Source: Dehalococcoidales bacterium
GTDB lineage: Bacteria; Chloroflexota; Dehalococcoidia; Dehalococcoidales; BS750m-G39
Direction: 5' to 3'
Length of the DNA stretch: 64,000 bases
NCBI GenBank assembly: GCA_034419075.1
Contig: DAOULR010000025.1
Location: 9,065-73,064 of the forward strand
The translations under genes and the position numbers were made by a program. Below, piece by piece: positions 1-8,486 of this stretch. Under the pieces are notes generated by a model. That model made no database searches. It was given only the letters and a program-made list of their open reading frames with translations, and was not told the origin of the DNA. Positions within the stretch are counted from its first letter, which is position 1. Each line of letters starts with the position of its first letter.

Positions 1-205
1 AAACGCCCAGGCTAGCTATCTGGGTGGTGGGAGAAGCCTGGCTCTTGGCCAGCCTGGCGTAGAACTGTTGGCTGGTCAGGTCAACGCCGTCACGATAGAT
101 GCTATCGCCGAAGAGAACGTTGAGCGGGATGATGGTGATACCCAGCTCTTCAGCTACATCGGGGGGTATGTCTCCCAGGCTATCGGTGACAATCTTTACC
201 GTCAT
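1..205 (-). CDS. DegV family fatty-acid-binding protein (N-terminal part; gene runs off the left edge)
   Basis: Not in the ORF track (truncated). Reverse translation from ATG at 205 gives MTVKIVTDSLGDIPPDVAEELGITIIPLNVLFGDSIYRDGVDLTSQQFYARLAKSQASPTTQ, a typical DegV N-terminus. GAGGAGG SD at 210-216. Confidence 0.8.
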   Translation of the reverse strand, partial: MTVKIVTDSLGDIPPDVAEELGITIIPLNVLFGDSIYRDGVDLTSQQFYARLAKSQASPTTQIASLGV

Positions 206-218
206 CTGACCTCCTCCT

Positions 219-1853
219 CTACTCCACAGAGACAATATAGTTATAGTAAGGCTGACCGCCTTGAACTACCTCAACCTGAAGGTTGGGGTGCTGCTTGTCG
301 AGGGTGTCGCCGACCGCCTCCGCCTCCTCAGAGGTGGTGTCGTCGCCGTAATAGATGGTTATTACCTCAGCCTGGTCCAGATTCACCCGCCCCAGCACAT
401 CCTGGACGACGGCGTCGGGCTTATCGCCCACCGCTACCAAGTCGCCGTCGAGAAAGCCGATGGCCTGGTGCTTTTTAATATCCAGCCCGCCTAAGGTTGT
501 CGAGCGCACCGCTCTGGTAACCTCGACGGATTTAACCGCCTCTCTCGCCTTTTCCATGTTCTGGACGTTGGTTTCCATATCGGCCTCGTAGTCAAAAGCC
601 AGCAGCGCCGCCACGCCCTGGGGGATGGTGGTGGTGGGTACGACCTGGATGGTCTTTTCGGTCAGTGACTGCACCTGGCCAGCGGTGAGCACGATATTCT
701 TATTGTTGGGCAGTATAATGACCTTGTCCGAAGCCACCACGTCCACGGCCTGGAGCAGGTCTTTGGTGCTGGGGTTCATCGTCTGTCCGCCGGGGACGAT
801 AAAGGTCGCCCCCAGGCTGGTGAAAACGTTAGCCAGGCCGTCGCCGACGACCACAGCCACGATGGCCACCTCGACGGCGGGCATTCTCTCTTTTTGCATT
901 TCGATGAAGTCACGGTACTGCTCATCCATGTTGCGGATGTTTATCTGGTGCAAAGTGCCCAAGGGGACAACATAGCTCATAATATCACCGGGATCGAGGG
1001 TATGAATATGCACCCTGACCGCGGAGTCATCACCGACAACAATGACCGACTGACCGCGCTTTTCCAGCCGCTTGCGCAGCTTGTCGGGGTTGAGCCCTTC
1101 GCCCTTGATGACGAAGTTGGTGCAGTAGCCATAGGGGACTTCCTCCATACCTACCATCTGGGGGGATTTGGCGGTGAGGGGGACGCTGCTGGCCACCATC
1201 CAGGGACGGCGCAGTTTGAGCTGTTCCACCTCGCCCTTGAGGTAGTGGAGGACGCCCTCCAGAATGGTGTAAAGTCCCTGCCCCCCCGCATCCACCACCC
1301 CAGCTTCCATGAGCACGGGGAGGAGGGTGGGGGTATTAGCCACCGATTCCTTGGCGGCGTTGACCGTAGCTTCGACGACGGAGACCACGTCATCGCTGAC
1401 GGTGGCGGCGTGTGCCTGGGCAGCTTCAGCAGCCTCCCGAATCACGGTAAGGATGGTGCCCTCCACGGGGTTGCTTAAGCCCGCGTAAGCCACCGTCGAG
1501 GCCTTGGCCAAGGCGTCGGCCAGTTCCTGACCACTGATGGCGTCTTTGCCGTCCAGAGACTGCGATAAGCCGCTGAAAATCTGGGACAGTATGACGCCGC
1601 TGTTGCCCCGCGCCCCCACCAGCGCCCCTCTAGCCATAGCCTTGGACACAGCGGAGACGCTGGAGTCGTTAACCATCTGTGATTCCTCCACCGTGGAGCG
1701 CATAGTGAGCAGCATGTTGGTGCCGGTATCGCCGTCAGGTACGGGGAAGACGTTGAGGGCATCGATATCGGCCGAACTCTTCTCCAGCCAACTGGCCGCG
1801 GCGGCGAACATTTCCCGCAGGTCCTGACCGGTGATAGACTTGGTTGGCACCAT
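219..1853 (-). CDS. DAK2 domain fusion protein YloV (DhaL-like kinase-related protein)
   Basis: 544 aa. The N-terminus LNVFPVPDGDTGTNMLLTM is the DhaL/Dak2 motif. Length and the divergent rpmB neighbour match YloV-type loci of Firmicutes-like genomes. Confidence 0.85.
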   Translation of the reverse strand: MVPTKSITGQDLREMFAAAASWLEKSSADIDALNVFPVPDGDTGTNMLLTMRSTVEESQMVNDSSVSAVSKAMARGALVGARGNSGVILSQIFSGLSQSLDGKDAISGQELADALAKASTVAYAGLSNPVEGTILTVIREAAEAAQAHAATVSDDVVSVVEATVNAAKESVANTPTLLPVLMEAGVVDAGGQGLYTILEGVLHYLKGEVEQLKLRRPWMVASSVPLTAKSPQMVGMEEVPYGYCTNFVIKGEGLNPDKLRKRLEKRGQSVIVVGDDSAVRVHIHTLDPGDIMSYVVPLGTLHQINIRNMDEQYRDFIEMQKERMPAVEVAIVAVVVGDGLANVFTSLGATFIVPGGQTMNPSTKDLLQAVDVVASDKVIILPNNKNIVLTAGQVQSLTEKTIQVVPTTTIPQGVAALLAFDYEADMETNVQNMEKAREAVKSVEVTRAVRSTTLGGLDIKKHQAIGFLDGDLVAVGDKPDAVVQDVLGRVNLDQAEVITIYYGDDTTSEEAEAVGDTLDKQHPNLQVEVVQGGQPYYNYIVSVE

Positions 1854-1866
1854 ATGCTATCCGTCC

Positions 1867-1896
1867 TTGCCAGAATTAGCTGGCTTGTGATAGTAT
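1867..1896 (+). promoter_or_regulatory. Candidate sigma-70 type promoter for rpmB
   Basis: TTGCCA (1867-1872), 18 nt spacer, TAGTAT (1891-1896) preceded by TGa (extended -10 like). By-eye match only. Confidence 0.3.
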
Positions 1897-1962
1897 ATTG
1901 TATTGCAATTTACGAGCGAAATTCTACCCTAAATTTTGGCAATAGTCAAAGGAGTCAAGACC

Positions 1963-2175
1963 TTGAAATGCGATCTATGCGGTAAAACGCCGATATTCGG
2001 CCACAATATAAGCCACTCCAAACGCCACACCAACCGGAGTTGGAAACCCAATATCCACCCCGTCACCATTACTATAAACGGCGAAACGAAAAAGATGAAC
2101 CTCTGCACCCGATGCCTGCGCACCCAGCACAAGCTGGCTAAGACAAAGCCCGAAGCTCAGCCAGAGACTCCTTGA
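1963..2175 (+). CDS. rpmB: 50S ribosomal protein L28
   Basis: KCDLCGKTPIFGHNISHSKRHTNRSWKPNIH matches the L28 signature (C.vCGK..G..vSHs..t.R.w.PN). The ORF track starts at 1936, but the in-frame TTG at 1963 follows AAGGAG by about 7 nt and gives a normal-size L28. Confidence 0.8.
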   Translation: MKCDLCGKTPIFGHNISHSKRHTNRSWKPNIHPVTITINGETKKMNLCTRCLRTQHKLAKTKPEAQPETP

Positions 2176-2797
2176 CCGTTCGCCCCGAACTGAACACCGC
2201 CGCCCCCGCCACCAGCACCCTCGCCCCCGCCTCTACCACTTTTGGCGCCGTCTGGGCGTTGATGCCACCGTCCACCTCCAGCTCAACATCCAGGCCTTTC
2301 TCATCCAGCTCGGCGCGCAGGTCGGCTATTTTACCCAGCGTTGATTCAATAAACAGTTGCCCAGCGTAGCCAGGATTGACCGTCATCACCAGCACCAAAT
2401 CGAGAGAGGGCAGGATTTCAGTTATGGCCTTTAGTGGGGTGGGGGGGTTAAGCGAGACCCCCACCTTCACCCCCAGAGCCTTGATTTGACTAACCAGCTT
2501 TTGAACGTCGGGGCAGGCCTCGATATGGACGGTAATAATATCGGCGCCGGCCTCGGCGAACTGCTCAATCTGATTTTCGGGGGCTTCAATCATAAGGTGG
2601 ACGTCTAAGGGCAAATCCGTCCACTTACGAATCGCCGCCACCACGGGAGCGCCGATGGTGATAGGAGGGACGAAGTGCCCATCCATGACGTCGACGTGTA
2701 TGTAATCGGCGCCAGCCTTGGTGGCCTCGGCGACCTGCTCGCCCAAACGGGCGAAGTCGGCGGAGAGGATGGAGGGGGCCAGCTTTACCTTAGCCAC
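2138..2797 (-). CDS. rpe: Ribulose-phosphate 3-epimerase
   Basis: 219 aa. LAPSILSADFARLGEQV...GADYIHVDVMDGHFVP is the canonical Rpe N-terminus. Overlaps the argH stop by 8 nt. Confidence 0.9.
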   Translation of the reverse strand: MAKVKLAPSILSADFARLGEQVAEATKAGADYIHVDVMDGHFVPPITIGAPVVAAIRKWTDLPLDVHLMIEAPENQIEQFAEAGADIITVHIEACPDVQKLVSQIKALGVKVGVSLNPPTPLKAITEILPSLDLVLVMTVNPGYAGQLFIESTLGKIADLRAELDEKGLDVELEVDGGINAQTAPKVVEAGARVLVAGAAVFSSGRTVKESLAELRALS

Positions 2798-4169
2798 TCT
2801 TGACCCCCAGCGCTTTTTTGGCGGCGGCTAAAGCCTCCACCACCCTCTTCGGGGCAGTGCCGCCGCTAACGTCGCGGGCGGCCAGAGACGATTCCACGGT
2901 GATGGAAAAGACATCGTCCTCGAAGAGAGGCGAGAACTTCTTGTACTCGGCCAGGGTAAGCTTGGACAGGATTTTTTTGTTTTCTACGGCGTAGCTCACC
3001 AGCTTGGCCACCGCCTCGTGGGCAGTGCGGAAGGCCTTGCCCTTCCTGACCAGATAGTCGGCCAGGTCGGTGGCCAGGATGTAGCCGTGTTCGATGGCCC
3101 TTTTGGTCTTTTCGGCGTTGACCTTAAGGGTCTTGAGCATGCCGCAGAAGACCTCAAGTGTGGCCAGCAGCGTTTCCACGCTGTCGAAGAGGGCCTCTTT
3201 ATCCTCCTGCAGGTCGCGGTTATAGGCCAGGGGCAAGGCCTTCATCGTGGTCAGCAGCGCCATCAGGTTGCCATAGACCCGCCCCGCTTTGCCCCGTGCC
3301 AGCTCGGCGACATCGGGGTTCTTCTTCTGGGGCATGATGCTGGAACCGGTGGCGTAGGCCTCGTCTAATTCAATGAAATCAAACTCGGCGGAAGACCAGA
3401 GGATAAGCTCCTCGGCCAATCTGGAGAGGTGCATCATACAGAAGCTGGCCGCCGCCAGGTATTCCAGGACGAAGTCCCTATCCGAGACGGCATCCAGGCT
3501 GTTGGCGCTTATCGCCTTGAAGCCTAGCTCTTTAGCCAGAAACTCACGGTCAATATCATAGGCGACACCAGCCAGGGCACCGCTGCCCAGGGGCATAACG
3601 TCGGTGCGCTTAAGGCAATCCTGAAAGCGCTCGCTATCGCGCTGGAACATCTCGAAATAGGCCAGTAAATGATGGGCCAGCAACACGGGCTGCGCCGTTT
3701 GAAGGTGGGTATAGCCGGGGATGACCACCTTCTGGTTGGCCTCGGCCAAGTTGATAAGCGCCCGCTGTAAATCTTTGAGCTGGGACAGTGTGGTGGCGAT
3801 GGCATCGCGACTGAAGAGGCGCATGTCCAGAGCCACCTGGTCGTTGCGGGAACGTGCCGTGTGGAGCTTGCCCCCCACCTCCCCCACCATCTCGATGAGA
3901 CGGGCTTCGATGTTCATGTGGATATCTTCCAGCTCCGACTTAAAGGTAAACTCACCGCTTTCTATCTCGCGCTGAACCTTCGTCAGGCCGTTGACGATGG
4001 TCTCGGCGTCCTTATCGGTAATTATGCCCTGCTTGGCCAGCATGCGGGCGTGGGCGATGCTGCCGGCGATGTCGTAGGGATAGAGACGCCAGTCGAAGGG
4101 CACCGAGGTGGTGTAGGCGTTCACCAGTTTATCCGCCTTTTTCTTAAAGCGACCCCTTATATGGCTCAT
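2790..4169 (-). CDS. argH: Argininosuccinate lyase
   Basis: 459 aa. Lyase_1 signature GSSIMPQKKNPD and TARSRNDQV. Directly downstream of argG. Confidence 0.95.
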   Translation of the reverse strand: MSHIRGRFKKKADKLVNAYTTSVPFDWRLYPYDIAGSIAHARMLAKQGIITDKDAETIVNGLTKVQREIESGEFTFKSELEDIHMNIEARLIEMVGEVGGKLHTARSRNDQVALDMRLFSRDAIATTLSQLKDLQRALINLAEANQKVVIPGYTHLQTAQPVLLAHHLLAYFEMFQRDSERFQDCLKRTDVMPLGSGALAGVAYDIDREFLAKELGFKAISANSLDAVSDRDFVLEYLAAASFCMMHLSRLAEELILWSSAEFDFIELDEAYATGSSIMPQKKNPDVAELARGKAGRVYGNLMALLTTMKALPLAYNRDLQEDKEALFDSVETLLATLEVFCGMLKTLKVNAEKTKRAIEHGYILATDLADYLVRKGKAFRTAHEAVAKLVSYAVENKKILSKLTLAEYKKFSPLFEDDVFSITVESSLAARDVSGGTAPKRVVEALAAAKKALGVKSG

Positions 4170-4170
4170 A

Positions 4171-5379
4171 TCAGCCTTCCTTTGTTTTTTTGCCCTGCAT
4201 CTTGGCCTGTGTACGGGCGGGCAGCCCCCAGAGGTGAATGAAGCCAGCGGCGGCGCTCTGGTCGAAGATGTCTCCCTTATCGTAGGTAGCCAGGTCGTGG
4301 CGGTAGAGGGAGTAGGGGGACTTTCGCCCCACCACCGTTAAGCTCCCTTTATGCAGTTTAAGCCGTACCGTGCCGGTTACAAAGCGCTGTGATGACTCTA
4401 TGTAAGCCGTCAGGTCTTCCCGGAAAGAGGTGAACCAGAGGCCGTTATAGACCAGGTCGGCGTATTCGGCGGAAACGAGCTCTTTAAAGCGCAGTTGCTC
4501 TCTGGCCAGGCAAAGCGACTCTAAAGCGCGGTGAGCCTTTATCAGAAGCAGGGCAGCGGGGGTCTCGTAGACCTCGCGCGACTTGATGCCGACCACCCTG
4601 TCTTCTATATGGTCAACCCGGCCAATGCCGTGCTTACCAGCTAAATCATTGGCATTTTGGACTAGGGCGATGCCCTCCATCTTGCGCCCATTGATAGCCA
4701 TGGGTATGCCCTTGTTGAACTCGATTTCTACGTATTCGGCCTTGTCGGGGGTCTTCTCTATCGGTTCTACCCAGATGAAGGCGTCGTCGGGGGGCTCGGC
4801 CCAGGGGTCCTCCATGACGCCGCACTCGATGCTGCGCCCCCAGAGGTTCTGGTCTATAGAATAGGGGCTTTCGGCGGTAACGGGGAGGGGGATGCCGTGG
4901 CGCTTGGCGTAGTCTATGGTTTCGTCGCGGGTCATCTCCCAGTCGCGGGCGGGAGCTAAAATCTTGAGCTCGGGGGCCAGACCGGCCACGCTGACATCGA
5001 AGCGCACCTGGTCGTTGCCCTTGCCCGTGCAGCCGTGGGCAACCGATTTCGCCCCCTCTTTGAGGGCGGTTCCCACCAGCAGCTTAGCCATCAGGGGGCG
5101 GGCTAAGGCCGTGGCCAGCGGGTATTGCCCCTGGTACATGGCATTGGCCTTGAGGGCGGGGAAGACGAAGTCATTGATGAAAGATTTCTTGGCGTCGGCG
5201 ACCACCGCCTTGACCGCGCCCAGTTTAAGCGCCTTTTCCCTTATGGCGGGGAAGTCGGGCTCGTTGCCGACATCGACGCTGAAGGCAATAACGTCCAGGT
5301 TGTACTTTTCCTGCAGCCACTTGATGGCCACCGAGGTATCCACGCCGCCGCTATAGGCGAGCACTACTTTTTCAGCCAC
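4171..5379 (-). CDS. argG: Argininosuccinate synthase
   Basis: 402 aa. VVLAYSGGVDTSV (PP-loop) and AHGCTGKGNDQVRF motifs. Confidence 0.95.
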   Translation of the reverse strand: MAEKVVLAYSGGVDTSVAIKWLQEKYNLDVIAFSVDVGNEPDFPAIREKALKLGAVKAVVADAKKSFINDFVFPALKANAMYQGQYPLATALARPLMAKLLVGTALKEGAKSVAHGCTGKGNDQVRFDVSVAGLAPELKILAPARDWEMTRDETIDYAKRHGIPLPVTAESPYSIDQNLWGRSIECGVMEDPWAEPPDDAFIWVEPIEKTPDKAEYVEIEFNKGIPMAINGRKMEGIALVQNANDLAGKHGIGRVDHIEDRVVGIKSREVYETPAALLLIKAHRALESLCLAREQLRFKELVSAEYADLVYNGLWFTSFREDLTAYIESSQRFVTGTVRLKLHKGSLTVVGRKSPYSLYRHDLATYDKGDIFDQSAAAGFIHLWGLPARTQAKMQGKKTKEG

Positions 5380-5395
5380 ACCTCACCTCCATTAG

Positions 5396-6310
5396 TTAAT
5401 AGGCTGTTTCCTCCGGGGCAAAGTTGTCTCTCAAGAATTCGGTGATTTGAGACCTGACTTCGGGGTATTGCCACCAGTAGTCGTGCCCCGGGGCGACCAC
5501 AATGTGGGGTTCGGTGCCGTAGTATGAAGTAGTCTTAATTACGCCGAACCACTTTTTATAACAGCCGAGTATGAAGTCGAAACCGTTGCCCTGGCTGAAG
5601 GTATCGACCTCGATACCGTTGCCCGTCATTAGCAGCGAGCGCTCCGTACTAACCGGGTCGTGCCAGAAGGGAGGGCCCGCCTGGATGCTATAGACACGGG
5701 GGTTATCGTTCATGATGACCATGACGCTGTCGATGACGACCGCCCCCGTGCTCTCCCCGATGAGGATAACCCTGAGGTCGGGGAGGTGGTCGGTGAGAAA
5801 CTCGGTGCGGGCGGCCAGTACCCCCGCCTTGGAGGGGTAGGCAATCAGCATCTCCCAGAGCTCTTCGAGGCGGCTGTCGAATTCGGAAGTCGCCCGCAGG
5901 TATTCCAGCGGCAAAGAGGTGTAGCCCCAGTCCGCCAGCTCGGCATCGATGCCCTCGAAGGTAGCCAACCAGCCCGGTGAATCCTCGAGCAGGTTCCAAC
6001 CCCAGCCGCCTGAGTTGAAGATAACCACGAAGTCGCGCTCTTCAGCCGCGACGTAGGTCGCCACCAGCTGGACGGCGAAATCACCGCATTTGTCATCGTC
6101 GTCGCCAAATATTTCGGCGGCGACCATGTCGGCGTCGTCAATGACCGACGGCGGTACCTCCGCTGCATCATAAGTCGTCAGGGGCTGGCCCCCGGTGCCG
6201 ATTTCGGAGGTTATCCCGGCTTCAGTATAGGAGGCAATTATCACTGCCATAACAACCACCAGCGCCGCGAACAGGCCTAAGGCTATCCACAGCCAGTAAA
6301 CCTTCTTCAA
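5396..6310 (-). CDS. Hypothetical membrane-anchored protein with a GxSxG (GESTG) serine-hydrolase-like motif
   Basis: 304 aa with one N-terminal TM helix (WLWIALGLFAALVVVMAVIIA). LRVILIGESTGAVV resembles a nucleophile elbow. No family recognised. Packed between argD (stop 6320) and argG (start 5379). Confidence 0.6.
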   Translation of the reverse strand: MKKVYWLWIALGLFAALVVVMAVIIASYTEAGITSEIGTGGQPLTTYDAAEVPPSVIDDADMVAAEIFGDDDDKCGDFAVQLVATYVAAEERDFVVIFNSGGWGWNLLEDSPGWLATFEGIDAELADWGYTSLPLEYLRATSEFDSRLEELWEMLIAYPSKAGVLAARTEFLTDHLPDLRVILIGESTGAVVIDSVMVIMNDNPRVYSIQAGPPFWHDPVSTERSLLMTGNGIEVDTFSQGNGFDFILGCYKKWFGVIKTTSYYGTEPHIVVAPGHDYWWQYPEVRSQITEFLRDNFAPEETAY

Positions 6311-6319
6311 TTTAAGACC

Positions 6320-7516
6320 TTACTCTTTATCACTGACCACGCCGGACAGGGTGTCATCGAGAATGCCCAGCGCCTCATCGACCTCCCCGTTGCCGATGAT
6401 GAGGGGAGGCATAAAACGAACGGCGTTAGGTTTGAGCTGGTTGACCAGTAATCCTTTTTTAAGGCAGCCCATCACCAGAGATGGAGCGATATCATCCTTA
6501 AACTCCACCGCCACCAGCAGCCCCCGCCCCCTGACATCGGTGATGAAGGGGTATTTCGCCTTGAGCTTGGCCAGCCCCTGAATAAGATAGTCGCCCACTT
6601 TTTTTGCCTGGCTGGAGATATCGTTATCGATAACGAACTTCAGGGTGGCGTAGCCCGCGGCACAGGCCAGTGGGTTTCCGCCGAAGGTGGAGCCGTGCTC
6701 ACCGGGGGCGAAGACGGCCGCTTTATCCTTAGCCAGAATAGCCCCGATAGCCACGCCGCCGCTCAGGCCCTTAGCCAGCGTCATTATATCAGGTTCGACT
6801 CGGTACTGCTCGTAGGCGAAGAGGCTGCCCGTGCGGCCTATCCCCGTCTGAATCTCGTCCAGAATGAGCAGGATGCCCTTCTGGTCGCACCAGGCGCGCA
6901 ACTCGGACAGATAGCCCTCGTCGGGGAGGTTGACCCCACCCTCGCCCTGCACCGGTTCAATCATAACGGCGCAGGTGTGTTTAGTGGTCGCCGACTTGAT
7001 AGCGCCGACGCTGTTATACTTCACGTTGACAAAGCCAGTGGGGAGGGGAGGGAAGGGCTTCTGCATCTTTTCCTGGCCGGTAGCCGCCACCGTAGCCAAA
7101 GTACGGCCGTGAAAGGAGCCCAGGGTGGTAATAATCTCATAGGCGCCATCCAGCTTTAGCTGTCCGTAGCGGCGGGCCAGCTTGATGGCCGCTTCGTTAG
7201 CCTCGGCGCCGCTGTTGCCGAAGAAGACCTTGTCCAGGCAGCTGTTTTCGACTAAGAGCTGGGCCAGTTGGAGCTGGGGTATGGTGTAGAACTGGTTGGA
7301 GGTGTGAATTAGCAGCTGCGCCTGCTCGGTGATAGCCTTGACCACCACGGGGTGGCAGTGCCCCAAGTTGTTGACCGCCCAGCCGCCGACAAAGTCGAGG
7401 TATTCTTTGCCCGCTCCGTCCCAGACGCGCGCTCCCTGGCCCCGGACGATAGTCAGGGGCGAGCGCTCGACAACGTGCATGAAGTATTTGCTTTCCAGCG
7501 CTGGCCAGTCAGTCAT
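6320..7516 (-). CDS. argD: Acetylornithine aminotransferase (class III PLP aminotransferase)
   Basis: 398 aa. GNSGAEANEAAIKLAR, ILDEIQTGIGRTG and TFGGNPLACAA motifs. Lies in the arg operon. Confidence 0.9.
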   Translation of the reverse strand: MTDWPALESKYFMHVVERSPLTIVRGQGARVWDGAGKEYLDFVGGWAVNNLGHCHPVVVKAITEQAQLLIHTSNQFYTIPQLQLAQLLVENSCLDKVFFGNSGAEANEAAIKLARRYGQLKLDGAYEIITTLGSFHGRTLATVAATGQEKMQKPFPPLPTGFVNVKYNSVGAIKSATTKHTCAVMIEPVQGEGGVNLPDEGYLSELRAWCDQKGILLILDEIQTGIGRTGSLFAYEQYRVEPDIMTLAKGLSGGVAIGAILAKDKAAVFAPGEHGSTFGGNPLACAAGYATLKFVIDNDISSQAKKVGDYLIQGLAKLKAKYPFITDVRGRGLLVAVEFKDDIAPSLVMGCLKKGLLVNQLKPNAVRFMPPLIIGNGEVDEALGILDDTLSGVVSDKE

Positions 7517-7600
7517 TTTCTTGTCTCCCGTTTTGAGAAAGCCATATTATACACCATCGTCAGCTAGATGACCAACGCCCCTCGACCTTAATACCCCTCT

Positions 7601-7687
7601 GTCACCCCGACTTTTCACTGTCACCCTGAGCGGAGCGAAGGGTCTCTTGAGATTCTTCGGTAGCTGCGCTCCCTCAGAATGACACTG
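7601..7687. repeat. Hairpin repeat family A (GTCACCCTGAG..GAAGGGTCTC type), two adjacent units
   Basis: Unit at 7620-7646 is tgtcaccctgagcggagcgaagggtctc. Unit at 7651-7685, gattcttcggtagctgcgctccctcagaatgacac, is the same architecture inverted, with ATTCT/AGAAT replacing ACCCT/AGGGT. Related copies at 14598-14697 and 54434-54460. Confidence 0.75.
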
Positions 7688-7690
7688 AAT

Positions 7691-8476
7691 TCACTTTTTA
7701 ATGGTGGTGCCGCCGCCTTTGCCCTCTATTTCCTTGAGCAGGGCGTGCGGCTGCCTGCCGTCTATAATGATACACGCCGAAGCCACCCCCGACAAGGCTT
7801 TGAGGCAGGCCTTGACCTTGGGAATCATCCCCCCCGAAGCCGTACCCGAAGCCATTAGCGCCTCGGCTTCTCCGGTAGAGAGCTGGGGCATCAGCTTGCC
7901 CTGCTGGTCGCAGATGCCGACGACGTCGGTGAGGAAGATGAGCTTCTCGGCGCCGATAGCGGCGGCAATCTCGCCAGCGACGACATCAGCGTTTATGTTG
8001 AGCACGCCGCGCCTGCCGGGCGTCTTTTCGCCCGCATTAAGGCTGACCGGGGCCACCACCGGGACATAGCCCGCCTCGAGCAATGCCTGGAGGGGGGCGG
8101 GGTCTACTTTTACCACCTCGCCCATATAGCCCAACTCTTTATGCTTAATCTTGCCCTGGATGAAAGCCCCGTCCACACCGCTGATGCCCATCGCCAGCCC
8201 GCCCAGGGCGTTGATGTCGGCCACGATTTCCTTGTTGACCACGCCCGCCAGCACCGAGACCACCACCTCGAGGGTGGCCTCGTCGGTGACGCGCTCGCCT
8301 TCTATAAATCTGGTGGCGATACCGCGCGCCGCCAGCCAGTCGGTTATCATCTTGCCACCGCCGTGGATGACGACCACCGACCAGCCCTGCTTCTGTAGGA
8401 AGACGATGTCTTCCAGGGTTGTGTCGTGGTTGCCTAGGGTAGCGCCGCCAAGCTTGACTACAATAACCTTGCCCAT
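7691..8476 (-). CDS. argB: Acetylglutamate kinase
   Basis: 261 aa. VVKLGG, VVIHGGG and NINAD motifs of the amino-acid kinase family. Arg operon context. Confidence 0.9.
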   Translation of the reverse strand: MGKVIVVKLGGATLGNHDTTLEDIVFLQKQGWSVVVIHGGGKMITDWLAARGIATRFIEGERVTDEATLEVVVSVLAGVVNKEIVADINALGGLAMGISGVDGAFIQGKIKHKELGYMGEVVKVDPAPLQALLEAGYVPVVAPVSLNAGEKTPGRRGVLNINADVVAGEIAAAIGAEKLIFLTDVVGICDQQGKLMPQLSTGEAEALMASGTASGGMIPKVKACLKALSGVASACIIIDGRQPHALLKEIEGKGGGTTIKK

Positions 8477-8486
8477 TTTTAGCCCT

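Noticed and set aside
68-478. 136-aa + strand ORF at the left edge.
   Set aside because: It overlaps the DegV start and the YloV C-terminus on the minus strand, both with strong family signatures. Its translation is Arg/Pro-rich low complexity.
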